NCBI GenBank assembly: GCA_964019425.1
Contig: OZ025790.1
Coordinates: 868,001-932,000 of the forward strand
DNA: 64,000 bases
Direction: 5' to 3'
Source: Flectonema sp. DT1601
Lineage: Eukaryota
Positions 13,851 to 25,209 of the stretch are shown piece by piece. The notes under the pieces are model-generated. The model worked only from the letters and a program-made list of their open reading frames with translations. It was not told the origin of the DNA and did not search any database. A program made the position numbers and the translations under genes. Numbering within the stretch: position 1 is the first letter of the stretch; every line of letters starts with the position of its first letter.

Positions 13851-14111
13851 TTTTTTTTTTTTTTTTTTTTTTTTTTTGAGGACTGCAAGAATTAGTTTGA
13901 TAACCTGCTATCCCCAATCTGATTTACTACATACGGGTACAACGGAAGGAAATTTGAAAAAAAGAGAGAAAAAAAAATTTTTTTTTTCGCTTTTCCATTC
14001 AGAAGCGTCGAAAACGCATCTGTACCATGAGTACCTCTAACAAAAAAGAATAATTTTAAAAAAATAATGGAATGGAAGGAGAAGTCTTAAAGAAAAGACC
14101 TTTACAGACTC

Positions 14112-14801
14112 TCACAACATAATTGCGTTGTTTCTTGTGCCCGAAGAACATTTCTTCATTAGAGATAAGATGGATGAGGCTTTCTTTGTAGGAGCTTTTT
14201 TCGCAGCTGTTTTTGTTTTAGATCGTTTTTCAAAATTTTTTTGAGAACGACTCCGTTTTTCATCAATCCGCTTTCGATATTCAACCGGTTCCTTTGTTTT
14301 AATAAAATCTCCTCCACACTCCTTGAGATGAGTGGCGTACCAGAAGTCATGTTTTCCGGGTGGACGATTCATCGATCTCTTAACCTCATGATGGCACATA
14401 ATACATTCCCACCAGTGGTTCCTATAATGGTCTACCTCATCATGAAAGTCATGGTATATTGTAACATTGCTGTTCATTATTTTATTTACCCGTTCCATTT
14501 CCGCACAAAACTGAGGACCGTGGTCTCCACGATCTTCGTTGCTCTCTGTTATAAACAGAAAAGCGTGAATACATTCATGTAGAAGCGTGTTTTCTAAATC
14601 ACTGACTGGTCTAAATTTCAACAACGGACCTGATAATTTTATATTACATCCTCCTTTTGCGTGATATGAACATACCCCAGCGCAAAGAGTCATTCTCTTA
14701 CTCCACTCAACGTAGACAGAACTTAGCTTTCCATTAAAAAGACAATCGTTGTAATTATTAAACAACTCGTGGATATCAGGAAAGGGACTTTCAGATGACA
14801 T
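14112..14801 (-). CDS. SPRTN: SprT-like (Spartan) DNA-protein crosslink metalloprotease
   Basis: VEWSKRMTLCAG, LLHECIHA (HExxH), HGPQF, YHDFHDEV, RSMNRPPG, CGGDFIK. Confidence 0.92.
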   Translation of the reverse strand: MSSESPFPDIHELFNNYNDCLFNGKLSSVYVEWSKRMTLCAGVCSYHAKGGCNIKLSGPLLKFRPVSDLENTLLHECIHAFLFITESNEDRGDHGPQFCAEMERVNKIMNSNVTIYHDFHDEVDHYRNHWWECIMCHHEVKRSMNRPPGKHDFWYATHLKECGGDFIKTKEPVEYRKRIDEKRSRSQKNFEKRSKTKTAAKKAPTKKASSILSLMKKCSSGTRNNAIML

Positions 14802-15486
14802 GTTGTTTTTTTAAATCTATAAAATTTTTTTTTGTTTTTTTGTTTTTTAATATAAAGAATCACTCCTTCCCTTCGACAGCTGTTTTTTTGAATGTGCTGT
14901 GACCAGCAGCATGTCCAATACATAAATACTTCATTAAATTAAATTAAATTTGTCTAGAGGAATGAAAAAAAGGACAGTTCAGTCTCCAAACATATTACTT
15001 TGAAATTGCCTGTCAAAAAAAAGAAAACAGAATAAAAACATTAAAAAAAAAACAAATCTAACACATGCGAACAGAAATACGACATATTTTTGAGGTAGCC
15101 GTGGGATGCGCATAACGATCTCATTTTCTTTTTTTTAAAAGTTGCTTTCGAGTACTCAGTAGTGCTTTTTTTTTTTTTTTTTTTTTTTTTTTTTCCCCGG
15201 TTTCCCCCCTCTTTTTTTTTTTTTTTTTTTAAATGTATCTTCCCGTACACGAGTTGTTCTCCTAATCGACATCTCAACAAAGACACAGACACTGGGTTAA
15301 TTTAAAGCTAGGGTATGTGCTTGTTGTGTATTTCTGGGTACTAAACTAACACAAAGAGAAAGGATAGTGTGGAATAAGAAGAAGAAAAAAAAAAGAGGAA
15401 AAAAAAAAACGATTTTCATCCTCTTACACATTGCAGCACCGAACGTGTAAGTGATTGCAGTGCGTGCAACAATGCAACAAATATTA

Positions 15487-16821
15487 TTATGTCATGTTAA
15501 CATCGTCAGATAGGAGAATCATGATTTTGAGATTTGATTTTTTCCAGAATGTAGGATCAGTTGCCACGAGAATACCATTATCGATCCCCAATTCACCCAA
15601 CGAAGTAGTTACTTCCTTTGGTATCAATGAGTTAGAAGGAGATAACAACAATCCAATATCGGGTGATTGCAAAGTTATTTGACTCCCATTCGAGTATGTC
15701 TCAAAATCTTCATCAGTTGCGTTTCCAACTAAAATTGAATCAACAAACTGACGAGGTGTCATCGCAGGGTTTGCTTTATAAACAGTTGGAGGTTTACTCA
15801 CCAAACAAGTGTCATCAGGTGGAAATGATTGAACTTGACCGTAGATTCCATTATCTATCGAGTTCCCGTTATACATGAAATAATTATCCATCGTTGGATT
15901 ACAACCAGTTGCCATCTTAAGAACTTCATTGCAACAGGTAGCGGCAATTATAGCATTCGTGCTTGCGATTGCGGGTATAATATTCTTAACAACTCCTTGT
16001 GTGAATGCGAATGTTATTCCAGTGATTCCATGTTTGTGTCCTCGTTCTGCAGCTCTCTCTGCAATCCAAACAATATGATCTGGATTGTCACCATCAATAG
16101 AGATATTCTCACCGAATGGCCAGGTTAATTCCCATTCTTTAACTTTTATATAAGCAACGCAGTGTTCAGGTAGTCTCGGAACGTTTTCTAAAGTACAAAG
16201 TGGAAATGTTACTTGAGGTGGAAACATCCATTCAGTACTTTCAATGCAGGCAGTTTCTCCAATCATCACGACACGTGCGTGTCCCTTAAACCCTTCAGTA
16301 CCTCCGTCAATCAGTGGGATCGCATATGATATGGTTGAGCTGTTGGTTTCTTCGTTGTATTCCCATTGAGCGAGACTTGCTATTTTCGCATTTATCCATC
16401 TTCTGGCAGCTAGAGAATCTAATCCAAGGATAATTGCTTGAAATTGAAGGTAAAAATCATCAGACATATCCTGTATCATTCCGTGGTGGTATTTAATTTC
16501 GATTCCCTGAACTCTGTTCATTACAAATTTTGAGGCAACTTCGGATTTTGATTTTCCGATATCTTTCTCCCTGAATAAGAACTGTCTATTCAGGTTAGAT
16601 AAATCGATCGTGTCCATGTCAATGATTTCAACATCCTTAAACCCGATCATTGCTAAGTCCTTTAGAATTTCACATCCAAGTCCGCCAGCTCCAATTACGA
16701 GTATTTTGAGATCTCCCCAATCAACATTTTTCAAATCATCACTCCACGATGAGCCAGCTATCCCAGGAGATCCCCAGCAATGCTTTTGAACATCGTGCCA
16801 TCTATTTTTTGAATTTTCCAT
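15487..16821 (-). CDS. UBA3: NEDD8-activating enzyme E1 catalytic subunit
   Basis: ILVIGAGGLGCE, IDLSNLNRQFLF, DGGTEGFKGHARV, FPLCT, PRLPEHC, GVVKNIIPAIASTNA. Likely ATG at 16821. Confidence 0.95.
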   Translation of the reverse strand: MENSKNRWHDVQKHCWGSPGIAGSSWSDDLKNVDWGDLKILVIGAGGLGCEILKDLAMIGFKDVEIIDMDTIDLSNLNRQFLFREKDIGKSKSEVASKFVMNRVQGIEIKYHHGMIQDMSDDFYLQFQAIILGLDSLAARRWINAKIASLAQWEYNEETNSSTISYAIPLIDGGTEGFKGHARVVMIGETACIESTEWMFPPQVTFPLCTLENVPRLPEHCVAYIKVKEWELTWPFGENISIDGDNPDHIVWIAERAAERGHKHGITGITFAFTQGVVKNIIPAIASTNAIIAATCCNEVLKMATGCNPTMDNYFMYNGNSIDNGIYGQVQSFPPDDTCLVSKPPTVYKANPAMTPRQFVDSILVGNATDEDFETYSNGSQITLQSPDIGLLLSPSNSLIPKEVTTSLGELGIDNGILVATDPTFWKKSNLKIMILLSDDVNMT

Positions 16822-17404
16822 TACTATTTTTTTTTTTTTTTTTTTTCCCCTCTTTCCCACCTGTAGTGTTTTTATAAAATGAATACCGAATTGATGGTAA
16901 AACAGGAAAAACAATATTTAAAAAAAAATTGAGTTGATGTATAGAAGTCACGTAAGTGACTAGAAACATCTTTCCGCTATAAAATAAGTACCAAAACAGT
17001 TCGACTGAACACCACCTAAGGTGCTGCTTAGGCATGGGAAATTCATGCTGAAATTTCCATACCAATTGGAAAGTGTAGAAGAAGAAGAAGAAAAAAGAGA
17101 TTTCGATGATTGCCAACGTAAGTAGGGCAACCAAACCTCTATAAGAATAATAATTTGATAGGCTACCAATCGGATAGATAGGTAATCGGTACTGATTTTT
17201 TTAAAAGCAGGGATACCATGCTGTAAACTCTTTGGGTCAATAACCCGGTTCCCCATTCCGGCTTGCATAAGGCTACAACTAAACCTGGTTGCCATGAGAA
17301 AAGACCAACAGTTGGTATCGATAAAATCCCATACGAGGGCCACGTACTACAGGTTGCGCACAGCTTAATTTGGAGGAGAAAAGAAATAAAAAATATATTA
17401 CAAT

Positions 17405-19675
17405 TCATTTTCTAGTAATTGAGTTCCACAGAACTCTAGTTGTGCAAGCCCAAGGCGATCTAAATTTAAATCCTTTGAGCGATTTTGTAAAGGAAGGGAA
17501 TTCACCTCTTTGCAAGTGTTCTTGAGATAAAATCGTTTCCCGATGTGTTGTTTCATTTGCTTCCATCTTGCGAGTTTGTCTCCAAGCTAATAAGAACAGA
17601 GCTTCTTCGAGTTGAAAAATAATATCTCGTCGGTTGTTGTTTTCCTCTTCAACAACAGTAAACCTAATAAGGGGTTCTCTTGATGTTATAGTAGAGGTGT
17701 ACACTCCTCGTTCACCAGTCTTTTCAATGTTTGAGATATGCCAGTAGCTGATTGTTTCATCATCCTCAAGTTGTTTTCTAACTTTACCCTCACTCAACAC
17801 GACTTTCATTCTCGTGTTCGCATTGTATCTAACAGCGCCACACCATTCTTGAGTTTTATTAACCAAATCTGTAATGCTTTCTTTTATTATGTTTCGTCTG
17901 CAAATTTCTTCTTCGCAGATAATCCCAGTGACACAGATAGGAAACTTATCTAAACAATGAATATTAAACAATGATTGAATCGCAAGATGTTCTTCTACAC
18001 GCAGTTCGTAGAAAGCACTGAGGCAGTAGTGCTCTATAAAACTGGTATCGCACTGCTGAAAAATTGGGTTTACATCAGAGTGGTGTTGTTGTAGAATACT
18101 TTCTCTCATGCGTGCAGCCTCCTCTTGGAGACAATACCCCATAAAGAGGGATTGTAGCCATGTAGACTGCGAGTGGTAGAAATCTGATGATATGGAAGTT
18201 CGGTTGTTCTCTTCGTGGAAAAATATTTCTTCGGGGCTAAGGAATGTGCACATGTCAACTGAAACTGAGGAACCACAATCTGCAAAAACAGGAGCGTGAG
18301 CTGTTCTTCTCCCTGGTGTTAAGACTGATTCCTCTGTTTTTATTAATCGAATACGAGGAAAGCTTAAAGTCTCGTGATAACATTCAAGTGTTGTCATCCT
18401 TTTGTTGCTTATTCGCTCCCACTCAAGTTGTTTTTTCTTACTGCATACTCTTGTGTGTGTTTGGTCTGCTTCCTTCATGTATTCACTTTTTACCTCATCA
18501 ATATAATTAGTTATCGATTTCATCTTAGCAACAACTCTTTTCTCACGATCTCTTCTAAGCTCTAATCGTAAGGCGCTTCTTCTAGCTTTTACGGAACATT
18601 TTCCTGAAGTACAATTATTCCAAAATTGTTTTATAGTTTTTGATGCCCTTGCGTATGCTGGCAATACGAGCATAGTTTGAAGGTGGTATAATGATTTCAT
18701 CCGCGTAAAGCGATTACATTCAGTAGATATAATTTTTCGATACGCCCCCATCGCCTCTACTTCAAGTGAATACATATTCAAGTCGCTGTACATTGCTTCA
18801 GTGCTGCAGTAGTATAGCCTTTTAAGAGATTGTTGTTTTTTGTCTTCGTCATCATGAATCAGTTTTCTAGCAGTAGATTCCTGGTTTCCTATTTTATCTC
18901 TGTCTTTCAGTATTTCTTCTTTCCGATCAAGTTCGATTTCTCTTTTTAAAGTTTCACGCATTTTATGTAGAAACGTCTTTGCTTCCAATGCTTCCGCATT
19001 CGCAATACGTATACGTTGGGTGTACAGCATATGTCGAAGTGCTCGTTTTCCGTATCGCCCTCGTTTTGCATTTTGAAAAAAATCTGATATTTTACCAACG
19101 GATGTCAGTAGTTTCTTGTCATGCATTGCTTTGTTTATCCATGCTTGGCGATAAGCTGTCGCTTGAGAGGCAATGTATTGTAAGTGTCGTTTGAAATTTA
19201 GTGTGTGTTCTTTTCGTGATACCGATTCTTGCATCATTGTTTCCTCACGAACAACGAAAAAATGTCTGTTTAGGAGTCTTCGCTGACGATAATAATACAT
19301 GTTTGAGTCTTCCGGACAGGGTGGTGCTATGTTTCGGGTTGGTGCTGTGGAGGGTCTGCGTTTAAGTAGACATCCATTCCTCTCAAATGAGGTTTGGATT
19401 TTTTGAATTTCATTAATTTCGTCTTCGATCAATAATTCCCTCTCCCTGAGTTCATCCGATATAATGATATCAATTTGTGTATTAATCGCAATATTAGAAT
19501 CTGTTTCCCAACTTCGTTTCATCCTCAACATAACCAAGTTACTAACAGCCCAAGAAGGAGTTGTCCTTAACAAAGCTGAACAAGGTCTGGCTTTTAGAAC
19601 TGGCCGACTGTCTCTGCGACATCCTATTCTAGCTGACGATACTCGCCTCACTGCACTTGGGGGATGTGGATCCAT
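17405..19675 (-). CDS. Hypothetical coiled-coil protein with repeated EExxRxxIxxEE-like motifs
   Basis: 756-aa uninterrupted ORF. Confidence 0.8.
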   Translation of the reverse strand: MDPHPPSAVRRVSSARIGCRRDSRPVLKARPCSALLRTTPSWAVSNLVMLRMKRSWETDSNIAINTQIDIIISDELRERELLIEDEINEIQKIQTSFERNGCLLKRRPSTAPTRNIAPPCPEDSNMYYYRQRRLLNRHFFVVREETMMQESVSRKEHTLNFKRHLQYIASQATAYRQAWINKAMHDKKLLTSVGKISDFFQNAKRGRYGKRALRHMLYTQRIRIANAEALEAKTFLHKMRETLKREIELDRKEEILKDRDKIGNQESTARKLIHDDEDKKQQSLKRLYYCSTEAMYSDLNMYSLEVEAMGAYRKIISTECNRFTRMKSLYHLQTMLVLPAYARASKTIKQFWNNCTSGKCSVKARRSALRLELRRDREKRVVAKMKSITNYIDEVKSEYMKEADQTHTRVCSKKKQLEWERISNKRMTTLECYHETLSFPRIRLIKTEESVLTPGRRTAHAPVFADCGSSVSVDMCTFLSPEEIFFHEENNRTSISSDFYHSQSTWLQSLFMGYCLQEEAARMRESILQQHHSDVNPIFQQCDTSFIEHYCLSAFYELRVEEHLAIQSLFNIHCLDKFPICVTGIICEEEICRRNIIKESITDLVNKTQEWCGAVRYNANTRMKVVLSEGKVRKQLEDDETISYWHISNIEKTGERGVYTSTITSREPLIRFTVVEEENNNRRDIIFQLEEALFLLAWRQTRKMEANETTHRETILSQEHLQRGEFPSFTKSLKGFKFRSPWACTTRVLWNSITRK

Positions 19676-19932
19676 ATCATGTCCTTTGTTTTGTTTTCCT
19701 TATAAAGATAACTACACAACACACACACACACTGAAAAAAACAAAAAATTGTCGATCCGCTTAGGGTCCGATGCGGTATAAAAACAATTAGTAACATAAT
19801 AACTGAAAAACACATGGGTTAGGTTTTGGATGTGTTGGTGGGTTTTTTTTTTTTTTTTTTTTTTTTTGTTGTTTCAAAAAAAAAAAAAAAAAGAATACAA
19901 ATACGAATACGAATAAAGTTCGTTATCAAGTT

Positions 19933-20436
19933 TTACTTATGCATTGCATAAAGTCCTACTATTGCTACTGTTGTAATAATATTAATGAGGATCATTTTTC
20001 CCAACATTGCGTTGCAATTAGCTTCGCAGTCAAGACGAATTCCTTCAAAGAGTACGTTCTTTCTGGTAAGGGTCAGTAGTTGATCTTCGTATGATTCTCG
20101 AAGTTTTGATTGTAATTTTGACTGGCAATGATGAAGAGCGTTCTGTACTCTTGGTGATAATAATTGCTCATGCAGCTCATTAGATACCAGTTCTTCTGCT
20201 TTTAATCTCATCCTCCGTCTTTCATCATCTATCAAGTCAAGCACCTGAGCGCGAACCTGAGCACGAACATCAACTACAGAAAGTTGAACCACCTTCGCAA
20301 CCATTTCTTCATAATCTGGAGACGTCGCTGGTGGGGCTGATGGAACTGCAGATGGTGGACGATCAGCAAACACCGTTCCACATCCCATCCCACAACCGAC
20401 TCCTACCATCCCAAGCACACATCTTTTAACACTCAT
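19933..20436 (-). CDS. Hypothetical protein with C-terminal transmembrane helix
   Basis: 167-aa ORF, helical middle, hydrophobic C-terminus. Confidence 0.7.
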   Translation of the reverse strand: MSVKRCVLGMVGVGCGMGCGTVFADRPPSAVPSAPPATSPDYEEMVAKVVQLSVVDVRAQVRAQVLDLIDDERRRMRLKAEELVSNELHEQLLSPRVQNALHHCQSKLQSKLRESYEDQLLTLTRKNVLFEGIRLDCEANCNAMLGKMILINIITTVAIVGLYAMHK

Positions 20437-20667
20437 ATTCCTACATTGATAAATATAAGGATTATCAAACTAATACGATTAGTCTATCTGAAGTGTAATA
20501 AAAAACAGAGAGGAAAGAAATAAAAGATCAGAGCGTACATCATTCACTGCTATCCACTACACACAATGTTGGAGTCGAGTGACGTAACGAACGCTAACGC
20601 TACGGATGAGAGGAAAAAGAAATCTATGCAAAGTACAACATTGAGGGTTGCAAAGGAAATTTGGTAA

Positions 20668-21345
20668 TTAGGCGTGCGGAACCTTTCGTGGTGGTGGTTG
20701 CGCACCCTTATGTAAGTGTAATTCAGGAAACATATCAAGCTGTGGAGGACGTCTCGGATTGTGATCTTCAACTTTTACTTCGTTAAGCTGCTGTGGTTCA
20801 TCTGGTTTATTGTCCTTGTCTCGACGTTCTTTTTTATCCATCGCAGATATAACGTTATTTTGAAGTGATTTTTTCTTTCGATTATTTCTCCACATATAAA
20901 ATGCCGCCGCAGCGATAACCGTAACACTCGGCAATAAAGAATAAAGCGGGGGGATGACACCACCCAAGTACAACACAGTACTTAAAACAACTAACGTTGA
21001 TGCTATTCTTATTGGGACACTACATTTACAGCATAGCGCGTATGTAACAACTACAGCAGCAGCAGCTAATGCATAAGCCAACATACCAGAGTCGGTAACG
21101 TCTTCAGGTTGATTAACATTGACAGTTCTAACGATTTCAGGTACTGTTCGGTTTAACATGATGCAGTTTTCCATCCAATACGCAGGGGCGTTTAATTTCT
21201 GTTCACATTCTTCATCCGTGAACTGTCTACATTCATCAGTAATGTTGGTCGGTTTTATATCTGCAATACCTGCGAGCAGAGAACACACTGTACAGCAGAG
21301 AGTATCTTCACAAGGAACAAAATATGCTGGACAAGTTCTCAACAT
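20668..21345 (-). CDS. Hypothetical multi-pass membrane protein
   Basis: 225-aa ORF, Cys-rich N-terminus, about 3 hydrophobic segments. Confidence 0.7.
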   Translation of the reverse strand: MLRTCPAYFVPCEDTLCCTVCSLLAGIADIKPTNITDECRQFTDEECEQKLNAPAYWMENCIMLNRTVPEIVRTVNVNQPEDVTDSGMLAYALAAAAVVVTYALCCKCSVPIRIASTLVVLSTVLYLGGVIPPLYSLLPSVTVIAAAAFYMWRNNRKKKSLQNNVISAMDKKERRDKDNKPDEPQQLNEVKVEDHNPRRPPQLDMFPELHLHKGAQPPPRKVPHA

Positions 21346-21717
21346 TGGGGGGAAAAAAAAACTATTGAAAAAAAATAAAATAAAAATAAAAATAATGACA
21401 AGAACCCTTCGAATGGATTAGCCTTCGCCTCTCTCTCCCCTCAACATAACCCTGAGAAAATACTTTTAATAAAACTATAATAATAACAATACTTGCTTAT
21501 TAACGCGACCAGATAAAATACAAATCTCAACATAAATACTACTCGTCACAAACACAGGTGATGATCAAAGCAAGTAGTGGAAAGGCGAAGTTCACCATTC
21601 TACTCTTAACATGCTCGTGTGTGCCACAAAAAAGAAAATTTTAAATTTAAAAAGAAAGATAAATCAACAATTCTACACAATTTAGTTTTACATACAACTA
21701 CTCCGATTGGGGAGGGG

Positions 21718-21749
<32 letters not shown>

Positions 21750-21986
21750 CATACAATTCTTTCTTAAATACAAAACTTGCCGTTTTGGTCGATTACCGTT
21801 GCAACCTTGCCGGATTCGAACCAGACGGCAACTTAAAAAAAACAAAACAAAAAAACTTCTATCACCCCGCATACTGAAATGCGAGGGTTTTTCTTGTTGT
21901 AAACGACCCAACAATACACAAATAAGTTTCGTATAATTTAGGTCTATTTTTTTTTTTTCCTCTCTTTTTTTAAAACCAGGAAAAAA

Positions 21987-23450
21987 CTAAGCCAAAGATG
22001 TAACTTCACCAACTGAGACGTAAGGTGTTGGACGTGGCGGAACTGCCGGGGACATCGTAGCCAGCGATGTCGGACGTGTTAATGATGTTGGTGGTGCAGG
22101 AGACGGAGCACGATTATTGTTTGCAGCATAAGAAGCTTCTTCTCTCAGTACCTCAACTTCGATATCCCAACTGATACGATTTTCTGAAGGGCTGTAATAG
22201 AAATATTTTCCCAACGATTTATCATAATCCCTAACCCAACGACCACTTGCTAACAATAGCTGAGCAGCAGGAGATTCCCCAGCAGAAGTGCTTCTCAGTA
22301 GTGAAATGTCTTGTGATTCCATTGGAAGTTCTTCTGCAATAACTTCTTCACCCTGATTGAGGTAATAGCTTCTTAACATTGACATCGATTGTTTATTTAA
22401 GGAAACTATTTGATCTGCTCTTGTCTTGTGTTCTTCAATAGCACACATGATTCCCTTATAATCAGGTGTGCCAGTTGATGGATTGGCTGCTAAGTGAAGC
22501 TTCTTCATGTTCTGAACACCTGATTCGACTTTTTCATCTAACTTTTTAATTAATGATTGCTTTTCTTGAATTTCTTGCAAAGCATTTGAAGGTGGTAACT
22601 CAAGCGGTTGAGGCTCTGATCTCGATGGTTCATTTACTATTGACACTACTTGACTTTGAAGTTTTGAATTGTGTTGTCCTAAATCAATTAAAGATTTTGT
22701 TAAAGTATCGATATGAATTTCTCTTTGAGCGAGTCGTTCTTCCAGTTCTGTGATTCTACTTTTTTGAGAATCGATTGTCTGATTTGCCTGATCGAGTTTT
22801 AACTGAATAAAGTTTGCAGGTCTCGCGGGGGATAAGACCTCAGTACCATCCACACCAAAGGCAGCAGATGTCGTCTCAGCTGCAGCAATCTGTTCGTGAT
22901 GTTTAATTACTTTGTCAATATTGCTAACAATGTTTATCATGTTACCTTCATCATGAAAGATTGAAGGCGGTGTTATTGCGTGAGTCATCATTCTTGGAGA
23001 TGTCATTTTCAATGATTGATTTTCTTCTCTTAAACCTCTGATTTGTTCCAATGCTATTTGAAGTTGTTGTTTTATCAGTGTTTGATCTTGTGGGACATCC
23101 CTCGTAATGACTTCTACTACTTCAGTTGGTCTTTCTGGGCTTGCATGCCAGCCATATGGACAGCTCTTACCCTGCGCAGACATGACTCTTTTTTGATTTA
23201 CTGTTCCTCTGTTCAGTGGACTTGGCGATCGCGACATCCCCCCTTGTGAATATTTTGCTTGTAGTCGGACAGCAGTTTCATTTCTGCTGTTTTGACTTTT
23301 CCATCTGTCGAGACTGTCTGTCTTGTCACCCCGATCAGGTAGTAAATTAGGAGGAATTCTACTAAAATCAGTGTCGTCTCTCCCTCCTCGATTTGGCTGT
23401 CTAGAAGCACCAAGGGATCGACGCCTTCTCCTTGATTCTATTCTTGACAT
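21987..23450 (-). CDS. Coiled-coil protein with WW-like domain
   Basis: 487 aa. GRWVRDYDKSLGKYFYYSPSENRISWD fits a WW pattern. Confidence 0.8.
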   Translation of the reverse strand: MSRIESRRRRRSLGASRQPNRGGRDDTDFSRIPPNLLPDRGDKTDSLDRWKSQNSRNETAVRLQAKYSQGGMSRSPSPLNRGTVNQKRVMSAQGKSCPYGWHASPERPTEVVEVITRDVPQDQTLIKQQLQIALEQIRGLREENQSLKMTSPRMMTHAITPPSIFHDEGNMINIVSNIDKVIKHHEQIAAAETTSAAFGVDGTEVLSPARPANFIQLKLDQANQTIDSQKSRITELEERLAQREIHIDTLTKSLIDLGQHNSKLQSQVVSIVNEPSRSEPQPLELPPSNALQEIQEKQSLIKKLDEKVESGVQNMKKLHLAANPSTGTPDYKGIMCAIEEHKTRADQIVSLNKQSMSMLRSYYLNQGEEVIAEELPMESQDISLLRSTSAGESPAAQLLLASGRWVRDYDKSLGKYFYYSPSENRISWDIEVEVLREEASYAANNNRAPSPAPPTSLTRPTSLATMSPAVPPRPTPYVSVGEVTSLA

Positions 23451-23705
23451 TGTTTTTTAAGAATTTTTTTTTTCTTTTTAATTATTTGCCTACTGTGAAA
23501 AAAAAAGAACATATCAAACTATTAAAACACAACTATGCAAAAAAAAAAAAACCTGGTAACAGTTACAATTGAGGTAAATTTCACAAAAAGGTCAAAACCA
23601 AAATATAAACAGAATGCAAACAAGAGATGGGGGAAAGGGAAAACTCTAGTGTACTTGAGAATTGAGTGTTGATTTCAATTCATAGTCAAATATGGATTTA
23701 TTCAA

Positions 23706-24698
23706 TCATTTACTTCTCATTGATCTCCGTTGCATCTCAGCTATCGTATTATGCAACTCCTCCTTCGGGAGCAGCTTACAAACTGCTGCTGCCATTGCTT
23801 TAGCTCGTTTGGTTTTTTCTATTTCAGGATCGTTTCTTTCGATTAGTTCCGACATAAAACCAATCGATGAATCCCAACGACAGACACGACGTTTTTGACT
23901 TATAGATGGAGGAATTGGATGTGAATCCACGTACAACGACTCAGGATGTTTTCGCATTACTTCAACATTATGAATTGTGGTACTGTGATGAGGTACACTC
24001 ATCTCTAAGTTAACATGTGGTTGAGTTGTTTGCTGCATACGATCACTACTGTATGGGGTCTGAGAATTGTTTTCTCGATATCCAGTAGGTGTAGTCAGTG
24101 CGACATTGTTATTATTAAATATATCGTCTCTCTGAGAACTAGAATTTAATAAGGTGTCCCTCCCACGTATACTACCAAGATCTGATGGAATAGGTGGAGT
24201 TTTTAAGTTTAAAGCTGAATCTCTTGATGGAGACAACAAAGGTCTCATCACAACAGGTTGTTGTTGTTGTTGTTGTTGTTGCAGCTGCTGTTGTTGTTGC
24301 TGTTGTTGTTGTTGTTGTTGCTGTTGGTGCAGCTGCTGTTGTTGTTGTTGCTGTTGTTGTCGCTGTTGGTCCAGCCGCTGTTGTTGTCGCTGTTGCTGTT
24401 GTTGTTGTTGATGTTGCTGCTGTTGGTGCAGCTGCTGTTGCTGTACTTTATGATCATCAAGTATGTGTGGGACACCAGTTCTGATACACATTTCTCTAAG
24501 CTTGTCGAGTATCGCAGTTACCTTTTCTTTTTCTTTCATCACTACTCTCAGACTTTCCATTTCAGTATCCACTCGTAAACACATAAAACCAGGTTCATAT
24601 CCCACACGAGTCACCCTACTCTGTCTCAACCATATACCATGTTGATCACTAAAGAAAGTAAACCCATCGAGTTCTGATAAGATCGTCAGGATCTGCAT
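23706..24698 (-). CDS. Hypothetical polyglutamine-containing protein
   Basis: 330-aa ORF with a long Q-rich tract. Confidence 0.75.
   Translation of the reverse strand: MQILTILSELDGFTFFSDQHGIWLRQSRVTRVGYEPGFMCLRVDTEMESLRVVMKEKEKVTAILDKLREMCIRTGVPHILDDHKVQQQQLHQQQQHQQQQQQQRQQQRLDQQRQQQQQQQQQLHQQQQQQQQQQQQQQLQQQQQQQQPVVMRPLLSPSRDSALNLKTPPIPSDLGSIRGRDTLLNSSSQRDDIFNNNNVALTTPTGYRENNSQTPYSSDRMQQTTQPHVNLEMSVPHHSTTIHNVEVMRKHPESLYVDSHPIPPSISQKRRVCRWDSSIGFMSELIERNDPEIEKTKRAKAMAAAVCKLLPKEELHNTIAEMQRRSMRSK
24257..24443. repeat. CAA/CAG trinucleotide repeat (polyQ)
   Basis: (TGT/TGC)n on the plus strand. Confidence 0.95.
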
Positions 24699-25209
24699 GT
24701 TTGACAGGTCGTCATTTATTATTTAATCTGATTGTGAAAGAAATACTAATTAGTTCATCGTAGTGGAATAGTCTTGTAAAGAAGGACAAAACTACTTCCT
24801 ATTTTTTTTTTTTTTTTTTTGAAAGGACAAAAAAAAACAAAAAAAAAAAAAGGAAACAACAACAAAAAACGTAAAACTCTAAATCCAAAGATCATAACAA
24901 AATGGTTTTGTTTGTTTGTTTTTTTTTTTTTTTTTTTTCCTAAGGTTAAAGAAAAAATTCCCAATTTGAAGGTTTCTACTACTCAGCAGTCAGTGCCCAA
25001 TAACACAACTGGTGTTCAACTGTTCTTCCCATCTGGATGGGAAGGCAGAGAGTTTTCGGAATACAATACAACGGTGTTCTCAGGAAATAGTTGATAACTA
25101 ACTAAGATGGCAGATTTGGAACCCAATGAGGGATTGTTCTTGTCTGCCGCAAAAAATAATAATTACTTATGTAGTGTAAGTGTAATCAGTATGTCGTTTT
25201 TATGTTTAG

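Noticed and set aside
24154..24578. Poly-Cys, poly-Leu and poly-Val ORFs
   Set aside because: Alternative frames of the polyQ repeat
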